Shown here: one piece after another, positions 18,064-27,035 of the stretch
Layout: each line of letters begins with the position of its first letter
Position numbering within the stretch: the first letter of the stretch is position 1
Source: an uncultured Gemmatimonadales bacterium
GTDB lineage: Bacteria; Gemmatimonadota; Gemmatimonadetes; Gemmatimonadales; GWC2-71-9
Length of the DNA: 64,000 nt
Assembly: GCA_963843115.1 (NCBI GenBank)
Contig: CAWJJB010000007.1
Coordinates: 26,128-90,127, forward strand
Reading direction: 5' to 3'
Program-made: the position numbers and the translations under genes
Notes under the pieces: generated by a model
Told to the model about the DNA's origin: nothing
Seen by the model: the letters and a program-made list of their open reading frames with translations, nothing else
The model's database searches: none

Positions 18064-19245
18064 ATGCGCCACACTGTCGCGGCACTGGCCCTCTTCGCGC
18101 TCGGCTGCGCGCCGTCGCCCAAGCCTCCGCCAGAGGTCGGCACGGCCGCCCGTGCCGAATTTGTGGACGGGATCATCCTCCTGGACGCACAGCTCCACGG
18201 TACCCGGGGCTGGTGGCTGCTCGACTCCGGCTACGAGTATTCCCTCGTTGATTCGGCCACCGCGAGCGCAGCACAGGTCACCGCGTCGGCACCCGAGTCG
18301 ACCGCCCAGCCCGGTGGGTCAGTGTCCCAGGGATGGGCGCGCGGTCTGTCGCTCGACATCGCGGGGGATTCTTTCCGTCCCGACAGCGTCGCCGTGCTCC
18401 CGCTCAGCGGCCTGTCACCGTTGGTGGGCAAGCCCGTCGCCGGCCTGCTGGGTCACGACTTCTTCATGCGATATGCCATCACCATCGACTACGCGGCGCG
18501 CACTGTGCGCCTCACACCCGCCGGGGCCTGGAACGCACCGCCGGGAGCTACCGAACTCACGGTCTGGATCGAGAACGGGGAGCCGTTTGCCCTGGGCACC
18601 CTTTGGGTCGACGGTCGCACCGTCCCTGCGAAGCTCAAGCTCGACACCGGTTCGCTCAGCGGACTCGGCTTGAACGGTTCATTCGTGGCGCAGAATCAAC
18701 TCTTTCCGGAAGACTGGCCCCGTCGGCCGGTGGGCGGCATCGCGGTCGGGGGTGCGACCCGCAACTTCATTGGACGCCTGGATTCGATGGAGTTCGGTGG
18801 AGTTGTCATTTCCCAGCCGGTGGCCGGTTGGTCGGAAGACCTGTCCCGCGTCGGCGATGCCGGAACGCTGGGGGCACCCATACTCGCCCGGTTCCGCGTC
18901 ACCTTCGACTACGCGCACCAGCGCGTCGTCCTCGAGCCCCGCAGCAATGCCGCCGAACGCGAAACATGGGAGTCGGCCGGCATGCTCCTTGTCCAGGTCC
19001 CCGGCGGGGACGTCCTCGTCGCCCAGGTCGTGCCGGCATCGCCGGCTGATTCCACCGGACTCGCACCCGGTGACGTCGTGCGTTCCCTCAATTCGCGCGA
19101 TGCCGCCAGCATCGGTCTCGATTCGCTCCGCCGCCACTTCCGTCAGCCGGGACGCACCGACACTCTCGTCGTGGTGCACGAAGGCAAGGAGCGCCGAGTC
19201 GTCATGCAGCAAGGGGAACTGCTCGGCACTCCCGTCGTTCATTAG
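18064..19245 (+). CDS. secreted pseudo-dimeric retropepsin-like aspartyl protease with C-terminal PDZ domain
   Basis: Lipoprotein-like signal ALFALGC. Two D(S/T)G sites (LLDSGYEYSLV and KLDTGSLSG). PDZ-like GMLLVQVPGGDVLVAQVVPASPADSTGLAPGDVV. Confidence 0.6.
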   Translation: MRHTVAALALFALGCAPSPKPPPEVGTAARAEFVDGIILLDAQLHGTRGWWLLDSGYEYSLVDSATASAAQVTASAPESTAQPGGSVSQGWARGLSLDIAGDSFRPDSVAVLPLSGLSPLVGKPVAGLLGHDFFMRYAITIDYAARTVRLTPAGAWNAPPGATELTVWIENGEPFALGTLWVDGRTVPAKLKLDTGSLSGLGLNGSFVAQNQLFPEDWPRRPVGGIAVGGATRNFIGRLDSMEFGGVVISQPVAGWSEDLSRVGDAGTLGAPILARFRVTFDYAHQRVVLEPRSNAAERETWESAGMLLVQVPGGDVLVAQVVPASPADSTGLAPGDVVRSLNSRDAASIGLDSLRRHFRQPGRTDTLVVVHEGKERRVVMQQGELLGTPVVH

Positions 19246-19290
19246 GGCCAGCGCGCGCGAACGGCAGCGAGGTTCCGGCCGTTGAGCAGG

Positions 19291-19393
19291 GGTAGTGCGC
19301 GCCGACGGCAGCGTCCGAGCGCGAGCGCCGTGTTTGGGATGCAAGTATCGGGAGCGCGAGCGGCTGCCGGGAGGCGCGCGCTGCCCCTGCTCA
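19291..19393 (+). other. about 100-nt imperfect long hairpin (12-bp outer stem GTTGAGCAGGGG/CCCCTGCTCAAC plus inner GC stems) in an intergenic region; candidate structured RNA or terminator/attenuator
   Basis: Inverted repeats read directly from the sequence. Confidence 0.3.
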
Positions 19394-19440
19394 ACCCCGA
19401 CCGTCAGTCGAGCGGCCCGACAAGAGCACAGGAGCCATGC

Positions 19441-20376
19441 GTGCGATTCTTCCGCTGGACCCTCTTCTTCCTGGCCCTCGCCCTCGCCGCGCTGCTCGCG
19501 ATCTACTACGTCAGGGATCCCGAGAAACGCACCCTCGACGACGCGGCTCGCGCCGAGGCGCCAGGCCAGTTCGTCCACCTCGCCGATGGCGTCACGCACT
19601 ACGAGACCGCCGGGCCTGACACCGGCCGCATTGTCCTCTTTGCGTCTGCCTTCTCCGTTCCCGGGTTCATTTCCGATCCGCTCTTCCAGTCCCTCGCCGA
19701 TTCCGGGTTCCGCGTCGTCCGCTTCGACTACTACGGCCGCGGCTGGTCCGACCGCCTCGACACCGTCTACGACCAGGACCTCTTCGTCCGCCAGATGGCA
19801 GGCCTCCTCGACTCGCTCCGCGTCACCGCGCCTGTGACACTCGCAAGCGTGTCCTACGGCGCCGCCATGATCACCAGCTTCGCCGACCGCTATCCCGGTC
19901 GCGTGCACGCCCTGCTGTACATCGACCCCGTCTTCAACAATCGCCGGCCCCTGGCGCGGGAAGAACGTTCCCGCCTCGCATGGGACTATCACATGGTGCT
20001 GCGGGATGGGTCGAACGAAATGGCGGAGGGACAGCTCTACGACTTTCTCTATCCCGGACGGCACCCCGATTGGGTGGCGCGGTACCGCGTGCAGCAGCAA
20101 TTCCGGGGAACACGGGAGGCCTGGCGCCGGACACGCGCCGCCATCGCCGTGGCGCCCGACCAGGTGGAGCAGCTGGCACGGGTGGGCACGAGCCCGCGCC
20201 CGGTGCTTGTGGTCTGGGGGCGCCAAGATCCCGTGGCGCCGTTCAGTGAGAGCCCCGGCATCATGGCAGCCCTCCCCTTCGGAGTCCTTGTCGCGGTCGA
20301 CTCCGCTGGCCACATGTCTCACGCCGATCAGCCCTCCGTCGTGCTCGCGGCCGTCATCACCTTCCTGCGGCAGTGA
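19441..20376 (+). CDS. membrane-anchored alpha/beta hydrolase
   Basis: Signal anchor FFRWTLFFLALALAALLAIYY. Nucleophile motif SVSYG. AGGAG before the GTG start. Start uncertain. Confidence 0.65.
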   Translation: MRFFRWTLFFLALALAALLAIYYVRDPEKRTLDDAARAEAPGQFVHLADGVTHYETAGPDTGRIVLFASAFSVPGFISDPLFQSLADSGFRVVRFDYYGRGWSDRLDTVYDQDLFVRQMAGLLDSLRVTAPVTLASVSYGAAMITSFADRYPGRVHALLYIDPVFNNRRPLAREERSRLAWDYHMVLRDGSNEMAEGQLYDFLYPGRHPDWVARYRVQQQFRGTREAWRRTRAAIAVAPDQVEQLARVGTSPRPVLVVWGRQDPVAPFSESPGIMAALPFGVLVAVDSAGHMSHADQPSVVLAAVITFLRQ

Positions 20377-20477
20377 GGCGGACCACTACGCGAGAATCAC
20401 TGGCTGGGTAGATTCTCGTGGTCGCGGGATGGTCTGCTCCCGCTGGCCCCCCGTCAACTGCACTGGAGATCGACCAC

Positions 20478-21221
20478 ATGCGTGCCCACCGCTTCCTGTC
20501 CCTCGCCGCCAGCGCCCTGGCCCTCGCCGCCATCGTCAACACCGCCTCGGCCCAGGATGACAAGAAGGAGGAAAAGCTCGAGGATCGCGCCAAGTCCGCG
20601 GCACACGTCCTCGCCAACCTCGTCTCCGATCCCAAGAATGCGCCGCCCAACAAGTTGCTGCGGAGCGCAGTCTGCATTGCCATCATTCCCAGCGTGAAGT
20701 CGGCTGCCTTCGTGGTCGGCGGCCAGGTGGGATACGGCCTCGCATCGTGCCGTGTCGGGAAGGGCTGGAGCCTCCCCACCTACATCTCACTCAAGGCGGG
20801 GTCGGTCGGCTTCCAGATCGGCGGATCGGCCACCGATGTGGCACTGATCTTCACCCACGATGACGCGCCGAAGCTCATCGCCGGTTCCAACTTCGAGATC
20901 GGCGGCCAGGCCTCGGTGGCGGCAGGTCCCGTTGGCAGCACCATCGGCGCCAACACCGACTTCAAGGAAGGCTCGTCCATCTATTCGTACTCCACCAAGG
21001 GCGCCGGCCTCTTTGCCGGTGTCTCCCTCGCCGGCAGCAGCGTGAAGGTGGACGACAAGGGCAATCGCACCGCGTACCCGGAGGGCTCCGTTCCGGTGAC
21101 CGACGACAAGTCACCCGAGGTGGCGTCCCTGCTCAAGACGCAGGCTGACACCAAGAACACGCCGGAATCGGTGAAGCCCTTCACCGACGCCCTGCAGAAG
21201 CGGATCGGAAGCGCCCGCTGA
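20478..21221 (+). CDS. secreted SYLF/Ysc84 (DUF500) lipid-binding domain protein
   Basis: Signal peptide. CIAIIPSVKSAAFVVGGQVGYGLASCR core typical of the SYLF domain. Confidence 0.7.
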   Translation: MRAHRFLSLAASALALAAIVNTASAQDDKKEEKLEDRAKSAAHVLANLVSDPKNAPPNKLLRSAVCIAIIPSVKSAAFVVGGQVGYGLASCRVGKGWSLPTYISLKAGSVGFQIGGSATDVALIFTHDDAPKLIAGSNFEIGGQASVAAGPVGSTIGANTDFKEGSSIYSYSTKGAGLFAGVSLAGSSVKVDDKGNRTAYPEGSVPVTDDKSPEVASLLKTQADTKNTPESVKPFTDALQKRIGSAR

Positions 21222-21247
21222 ATCGGGGGGCTGCGACGCTGGGGCGG

Positions 21248-21284
21248 GGTTGGTCATCGTGAAGGCTGGGCAGATGACCAACCT
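21248..21284 (+). terminator. 11-bp perfect-stem hairpin GGTTGGTCATC-N15-GATGACCAACC between the SYLF gene and the next gene; terminator/attenuator candidate (no U-tract)
   Basis: Read directly from the sequence. Confidence 0.35.
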
Positions 21285-21303
21285 CTCGCCGGTGGAGACT
21301 GAC

Positions 21304-22605
21304 ATGTACCGTTCCCGATTGCTCCCGGCACTCGCGCTCGCGGTCCTCCCCGGCACGGTGCACGGACAGGGCGCCGAGCGCTCCGCTGCCATCGCCGGCG
21401 TCGCGGCCTTCCAGGAATTGTGCAGCAGCGATGGAGGCGCGCTCTGGGGGATCACCCTCTGCGGACCGCTGGTCGTCGTGGATGGCAGCACCGGATTGGC
21501 GGTCGCCACGGCCCGGCCCCCGGCCGGCCAGTTCACCGAGGAAGATGGACGGTGGGTGGGGAAGGTGCCCGAGGGGATGCAGGTGGCCAACACCGCCATG
21601 GAATGGGAGGGAAACCTCTGGTCCACCGTGCGCCTTCCATTGCCCGCCGACACCTACCTGCGCAACAAGCTCCTGGTGCACGAGGCCTTTCATCGCATCC
21701 AGCCGCAGCTGGGCCTGAGCGCGCGCGACGCGATCAACGGCCATCTCGACGAACGGGACGGCCGCTACCTGCTGCGGCTGGAGTTGCGGGCGCTCAGCGC
21801 GGCGCTTGTGGGACAGGGGGCCGGCATGCGCACCGCGGCGCTCGATGCGGTGCTGTTCCGGGCCCAGCGCTACGCGCTCTATCCTGGTGCCGACACCCTC
21901 GAGGCGATGCTCGAGCTGCAGGAAGGCCTGCCGGAGTACACCGGCGCGCGCCTCGCACTCGAGACAGTTGATGACCCGGCGTCGCATATCCAGGCCGCAA
22001 CCGCCGAGTTCGAACAGCGGCCCACCTACGTGCGCTCACTCGGCTATGGTACCGGTCCATTGCTGGGACTGCTTCTCGATCAGTACCATCCCACCTGGCG
22101 GCAGGAGGTCGCGACGAAGGGCTTCGCACTGCAGCTCCGCGCGGCACTTGGCTGGACACCGCCGGACGACATGGCCGCTGCGGTGGTCGCGGCAGCCGCC
22201 CGCTACGATGGCAGTGCACTCGCTGCCGCCGAGGACGCGAGAGCGACCGCGCGCGAGGTCGCACTCGCCGATTATCGGAAGCGGTTGCTGGAGGGACCGG
22301 TGCTGATTCTCCGGGCGGAGCAGCTCTTCCGGTCCTTCAATCCCAACACCCTCGTGGCAATGGGCGATGATGGCACGGTGTATCCCACCGGCACCTTCAG
22401 TGCCGACTGGGGCGTGCTGAAGGTCGAGTCGGGCGGCGCATTGCTTCGGCCCGGTAACCGCGAAGTACAGGTATCTGCTCGGGGCATGCAGCGCGGCGGG
22501 GCAGCCGGCGCGACCGGAACAGGCTGGACCCTTGAGCTCAAGCCGGGATGGCGGCTGCTGCCCGGACCACGCACCGGTGACCTGATGATCGCGAGAGGCG
22601 CATGA
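21304..22605 (+). CDS. secreted hypothetical protein with an HExxH (LLVHEAFHRIQ) zincin-like motif
   Basis: Signal peptide MYRSRLLPALALAVLPGTVHG. Single HEAFH motif. GGAG RBS. Confidence 0.5.
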   Translation: MYRSRLLPALALAVLPGTVHGQGAERSAAIAGVAAFQELCSSDGGALWGITLCGPLVVVDGSTGLAVATARPPAGQFTEEDGRWVGKVPEGMQVANTAMEWEGNLWSTVRLPLPADTYLRNKLLVHEAFHRIQPQLGLSARDAINGHLDERDGRYLLRLELRALSAALVGQGAGMRTAALDAVLFRAQRYALYPGADTLEAMLELQEGLPEYTGARLALETVDDPASHIQAATAEFEQRPTYVRSLGYGTGPLLGLLLDQYHPTWRQEVATKGFALQLRAALGWTPPDDMAAAVVAAAARYDGSALAAAEDARATAREVALADYRKRLLEGPVLILRAEQLFRSFNPNTLVAMGDDGTVYPTGTFSADWGVLKVESGGALLRPGNREVQVSARGMQRGGAAGATGTGWTLELKPGWRLLPGPRTGDLMIARGA

Positions 22606-23879
22606 CGGAACCCGCGAAGGGACCACGTTTCCTGTGGGTGGCTGGCGCGCTCGCCGTGGCGCTCGCCCTGGCGCTTGCCGCGTGGCTCTTCAATCCGCCC
22701 CAGCGCCACATCCGTCTCGCTGCCGGTCCCCCCGAAAGTGCGGAGTACCGGTTCGCGGAGCGCTACCGCGAGATACTCGGGCGCGAGGGGGTGCAGCTCG
22801 ATCTCGTGGAGACGCGTGGACCGCTGGACAATTTTGCCCGGCTGCAGGACCCGAACGGCAACCTTGATGCGGCCCTGATTGATGGCGGCACCACCACCGC
22901 CGAGAAATCACCCGGCCTCGTGTCGCTGGGCACGTTGTACTACCGGCCCGTATGGGTGTTCTACCGTGGGAGCATGCCGGCGCCGGGCACGCAATGGCCG
23001 CGCACGCTGCGCCTTGCCCTGGGGCTGGAGGGCGACAATCCCGCCAGCCTCACGCGGAGGCTCCTGGCCGAGACCGGCGCCGATCTGGACCCCGGCAATC
23101 TCCAGTTCCTCGATCGCGAGGCGGCAGACGATTCGCTCCTTGACGGTGCCGTCGACATCGCGGTGATCGTTGCCCCATGGGAGTCGCCCGCGGTGCAGCG
23201 ACTGTTGCGCTCCGACAGCGTGCACCTCGCCGGCTTCGAGCGCGCCGAGGCGCGCGCCGCGCTGCACCCGGAACTGTCACGCCTCACGCTGCCGGAAGGC
23301 ATCGTCGACCTCGCGAAGAATATTCCCAGCCATGACGTGCCGCTCGTGGCATCCAGGATGAGCATGGCCGTGCGACGTACCCTGCATCCGGCCCTGCAGC
23401 ACCTCATGCTCGAGGCGCTTACCGAGGTGCATGGCGGACCCGGCGTCTTCGAACGGGCGGGCCAGTTCCCGGCGTCCGAAGCGGGCGACCTGCCGATGAG
23501 TCGGGCCGCCATCTCCTATCACAAATCTGGCACGCCCTTCCTGCAGCGCCACCTCCCCTTCTGGGTGGCGGTGATCGTGACCCAGGTGGCGCTCCTGCTC
23601 ATTCCCATTCTGGGCATCGCCTATCCCGTGATCCAGGGCGCGCCCGCCCTCTATGCCGCGTTGATGCACCATCGCGTGAGCCGGTTGTATGGTCACCTGA
23701 AGAAGCTGGAGCACGAAGTGGCGGAGGGAAGGGTGGCCGATCGCGGTGCCGTACTTGCCGAGCTCGACGCCCTCGATGTGCGCGCAAGGCGCCTGCAGAC
23801 CGGCGCGAACTTTGTCCCGATGGTCTATACGTTGCGGCAGCACATTCAGCTCATCCGCGATCGGCTGCACCGGACCTAG
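22602..23879 (+). CDS. TAXI-family TRAP-type solute-binding-like protein with N- and C-terminal TM helices and a coiled-coil tail
   Basis: ATGA overlap with the upstream gene. Periplasmic-binding fold pattern. C-terminal TM FWVAVIVTQVALLLIPILGIAYPVI. Confidence 0.5.
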   Translation: MTEPAKGPRFLWVAGALAVALALALAAWLFNPPQRHIRLAAGPPESAEYRFAERYREILGREGVQLDLVETRGPLDNFARLQDPNGNLDAALIDGGTTTAEKSPGLVSLGTLYYRPVWVFYRGSMPAPGTQWPRTLRLALGLEGDNPASLTRRLLAETGADLDPGNLQFLDREAADDSLLDGAVDIAVIVAPWESPAVQRLLRSDSVHLAGFERAEARAALHPELSRLTLPEGIVDLAKNIPSHDVPLVASRMSMAVRRTLHPALQHLMLEALTEVHGGPGVFERAGQFPASEAGDLPMSRAAISYHKSGTPFLQRHLPFWVAVIVTQVALLLIPILGIAYPVIQGAPALYAALMHHRVSRLYGHLKKLEHEVAEGRVADRGAVLAELDALDVRARRLQTGANFVPMVYTLRQHIQLIRDRLHRT

Positions 23880-24268
23880 CGGTCGTCCTCGTCGGCCGGC
23901 ATCTGGTGCACCGTCAGCAGCACCTCGCTCGGCGCGAGCGCCTGGAGCGACAGGGGAACACCCGGCGCCAGCGCCACCAGTTCGCCGCCGCCAGCCTCGC
24001 GGGCCTCCTCGTCCACGACAACCTTGAGCCGCCCGGTGCGCACCTGGATCGTCACCACCCCCTCGGCGCGATGCTCCTGCAGGAACCCCCCGGTGTCGAA
24101 CACCAGCAGGATGATCGTCATCGGGCCGTGGCGCACTACCGTGATCTGTCGATGTCCCGACACCGCCGCATGCGGTTCGGCCCTGAGGTGCGCCGCCGCA
24201 CCGGCGAGGTCCACCACCTGTACCGGCGCGGCGAGCCGGTCTTCCGGATGTGGTCGAAGCCGTTCCAT
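23876..24268 (-). CDS. cupin-2 domain protein
   Basis: Small beta-barrel pattern with conserved His residues. Confidence 0.55.
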   Translation of the reverse strand: MERLRPHPEDRLAAPVQVVDLAGAAAHLRAEPHAAVSGHRQITVVRHGPMTIILLVFDTGGFLQEHRAEGVVTIQVRTGRLKVVVDEEAREAGGGELVALAPGVPLSLQALAPSEVLLTVHQMPADEDDR

Positions 24269-24358
24269 GGCGCATCTCCTTGCCTTGCTGGTTGGCCCGG
24301 TAGCTCGTAGTACTGTAGTATCGTACCCTGTTTCGCGCCCCTTGTCCCCGAGTCACCC

Positions 24359-24832
24359 ATGCCCGACACATCGACGTTCCTGACGCCCGCCCAGTTTCTC
24401 GATCACTGGCAGGGCCATCGCCGGCTCACTCGCCGCTTCATCCTGGCCTTCCCTGAGAAGGAGCTCTTCTCCTTCGCCGTTGGCGGCATGCGGCCCTTCG
24501 CGGAGCTCGCCACCGAGATGTTCAAGATGGCCATCCCGACCGTCGAGGGGGTGCGGTCGGATACCTGGAACTACGAGAAATCACCACTGCCGGCCACCCG
24601 CGAGGCGCTCCTGACGCAGTGGGATGACACCACGGCAGAACTGGATCGGTTATTTCCCCTCATCCCGGCGGAGAGGTTCCAGGCCACCATGAAGGCCTTT
24701 GGCCAGTGGGACGGCACCGGATACAGCCTGCTCCTGTACGCCGTGGACAACGAGATCCATCATCGCGCCCAGGCGTCGGTGTACCTGCGCGCCCTCGGAA
24801 TCGAGCCCCCGTTCTTCCCCGATCGGAGCTGA
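24359..24832 (+). CDS. DinB/YfiT-like metal-dependent hydrolase family protein
   Basis: DinB_2 pattern (FLDHW...; C-terminal EIHHRAQ). Confidence 0.75.
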   Translation: MPDTSTFLTPAQFLDHWQGHRRLTRRFILAFPEKELFSFAVGGMRPFAELATEMFKMAIPTVEGVRSDTWNYEKSPLPATREALLTQWDDTTAELDRLFPLIPAERFQATMKAFGQWDGTGYSLLLYAVDNEIHHRAQASVYLRALGIEPPFFPDRS

Positions 24833-24835
24833 ATC

Positions 24836-25132
24836 ATGTGCCGCAACATCAAGACCCTCTTCAACTTCGAGCCCCCTGTCACCGATGACGAACTCCGCGC
24901 GTCGGCGCTGCAGTTCGTCCGCAAGCTGAGCGGCTTTACCAGGCCGTCGAAGGCGAACGAGGCGGCCTTCGACCTCGCCGTCGACGAGACCACCGCCGTC
25001 GCGCGACGCCTGATGGAGTCCCTCGTCACCAACTCGCCGCCCCGCGACCGCGAGGTCGAGGCGGCACGGCTGCGCCAGCGGTCGCTGGAGCGCTTCGGCA
25101 AGTCGCGTATCTCCCCTGCACAGGCACGCTGA
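24836..25132 (+). CDS. DUF2277 family protein
   Basis: MCRNIKTLFNFEPP characteristic N-terminus. Confidence 0.7.
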   Translation: MCRNIKTLFNFEPPVTDDELRASALQFVRKLSGFTRPSKANEAAFDLAVDETTAVARRLMESLVTNSPPRDREVEAARLRQRSLERFGKSRISPAQAR

Positions 25133-25154
25133 CCCGCTTCCGGAGACAGGCCCG

Positions 25155-25670
25155 ATGGATCTGCTCGTCATTGTCCTGCGCTTGCTTCATGTCGTCGTCG
25201 GCGCACTGTGGATCGGCTTCGCTGTCTTTACGGCGTTCATGCTCGCGCCCGCGCTGCAGGACGCCGGTGCCGGGGGGGCCGGTGTCATGGCCGCGCTCCA
25301 GCGCCGCGGAATGCCCCAGGTGGTAGGGGCGTTTGCCGGGATCACGCTGCTCACCGGCATCTGGCTCTTCTGGCGCGTGTCGAACGGGTTCAGCCCCACG
25401 TTCATGGGGTCGCACATGGGGATTGCACTGAGCGTGGGCGGGCTCGCGGCCATCGTCGGGTACGCCATCGGCATGGCCATGGTCCGCCCGAGCATGACCC
25501 GCGCAGCAACGCTCAGTCAGGAGCTGCCGTCCATCACCTCCGAAGGCGACCGCGCGGCGATGCTCGCGGCAATTGCCGCGGCACGGGGACGGGGGGCCGC
25601 CGGCGCCCGGTTCCTGTCACTCATGCTGCTGCTCGCCGCCGCCGCGATGGCGGTGGCCCGGTATCTCTGA
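25155..25670 (+). CDS. integral membrane protein, four TM helices, unknown function
   Basis: Hydrophobicity pattern only. Confidence 0.5.
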   Translation: MDLLVIVLRLLHVVVGALWIGFAVFTAFMLAPALQDAGAGGAGVMAALQRRGMPQVVGAFAGITLLTGIWLFWRVSNGFSPTFMGSHMGIALSVGGLAAIVGYAIGMAMVRPSMTRAATLSQELPSITSEGDRAAMLAAIAAARGRGAAGARFLSLMLLLAAAAMAVARYL

Positions 25671-25733
25671 CGATTGCTAATGACGACGCTGCGCGCCGCC
25701 TAATGGGAGACAACCGCAACCGGAGCACGGCTC

Positions 25734-26303
25734 ATGGCAACTTCCCCCGACGCCCAGCTTGCCACCATGATCGCAAACCTCGAGGCCAACACCGGCAAGT
25801 CGCTCGCGCAGTGGGTTACCCTGGCACGGAAGAGCGGTACGGGGAAGCACGGCGCGCTCGTCGCCTGGCTCAAGGCCACGCACGGCATGACGCACGGGTA
25901 TGCCAACCTCGTCGCCCACACCACCCTCAAGCCCGATGCCGGTTCCACGCCCGCCGGCGGCAACGACCCCGTCGCGGCGATGTTCCCGGGTGACAAGGCG
26001 GCGCTCCGACCGATCTACGATGCCCTCCTCGCCGGCATCCTCAGGTTTGGCAAGGACGTCGAGCAGGCGCCGAAGAAGGGCTACATGAGCCTGCGGCGGT
26101 CCACCCAGTTTGCCACGCTGCACCCGAGCACGAAGGCGAGGTTCGATGTCGGCCTCAAGCTGAAGGGCACCCCACCCGAAGGTCGCCTCGAGGCGGCCGG
26201 GTCCTGGAACGCCATGGTGACCCATCGGGTGCGCCTCGAAACGGCGAAGGACGTCGACCGCGAGCTGCTCGCCTGGTTGCGGCAGGCCTACGACCAGGCA
26301 TAG
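25734..26303 (+). CDS. DUF4287 + DUF5655 domain protein
   Basis: MIANLEANTGKSLAQW N-terminus. Confidence 0.6.
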   Translation: MATSPDAQLATMIANLEANTGKSLAQWVTLARKSGTGKHGALVAWLKATHGMTHGYANLVAHTTLKPDAGSTPAGGNDPVAAMFPGDKAALRPIYDALLAGILRFGKDVEQAPKKGYMSLRRSTQFATLHPSTKARFDVGLKLKGTPPEGRLEAAGSWNAMVTHRVRLETAKDVDRELLAWLRQAYDQA

Positions 26304-26336
26304 CGCATCCGGCGATGACGCGGCATCGTATGCGTC

Positions 26337-27035
26337 GTGCCCCTCTTTCCCGAGACGCGCCACTCCGTCGTGCAGGCGCTGGCCAGTGGTGACGAAGCCA
26401 CCCGTGCACGCGCAACCGACCTCGTCGTCCGCGCCTATCGCGGGCCGATCATCGCTGTGCTGCGTCATCGGTTCGGCCTCGACACCGCCGACGCCGAGGA
26501 CCTGGCCCACGACTTCCTGGCGCAGGCGCTCGCCCGGGAATGGCTGCAACGATACGATCCGGCGCGGGCGCGCTTCCGGACGTTCCTGCGCAGCTGCCTC
26601 GCGGCGTTTGCGAGCACGGCACATGAATCGGCCGGCCGGCTCAAGCGCGGGGGAGGGATTCCACACCTGTCACTCGACGCCGCCGTGCTGGAGCACACGC
26701 CCGGTGGCAGCGATGACGCGCTGTTCGATCGCGAGTGGGTGCGGAGTGTGCTCGGCCTCGCACTCGAGCGGCTCCAGGCCGACTGTGATGCCGCCGGTCG
26801 CCGGACCACGTGGGATGTGTTTCATGCGCGCGAGGTGGAGGGCGCCGATGAACCGCCGTCGTATGCCGCACTCGCCGACCGGTTCTCCCTCCCGGTGACA
26901 CAGGTGACGAACTACCTCGCGTGGGCCCGGCCACGCTTCCGCGCGCACGTGCTCCAGGCGTTGCGCGACCTCACGGCGTCGGAGGCGGAGTTCCGCGCCG
27001 AGGCGCGGGCCCTGCTCGGCATCGAGATCGCATGA
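26337..27035 (+). CDS. ECF-type sigma-70 family sigma factor (kinase-associated, ECF43-like)
   Basis: Region-2-like AEDLAHDFLAQALAREW...FRTFLRSCL. Region-4 helix-turn-helix SYAALADRFSLPVTQVTNYLAWARPRFR. GTG start. ATGA overlap with the downstream kinase. Confidence 0.7.
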   Translation: MPLFPETRHSVVQALASGDEATRARATDLVVRAYRGPIIAVLRHRFGLDTADAEDLAHDFLAQALAREWLQRYDPARARFRTFLRSCLAAFASTAHESAGRLKRGGGIPHLSLDAAVLEHTPGGSDDALFDREWVRSVLGLALERLQADCDAAGRRTTWDVFHAREVEGADEPPSYAALADRFSLPVTQVTNYLAWARPRFRAHVLQALRDLTASEAEFRAEARALLGIEIA

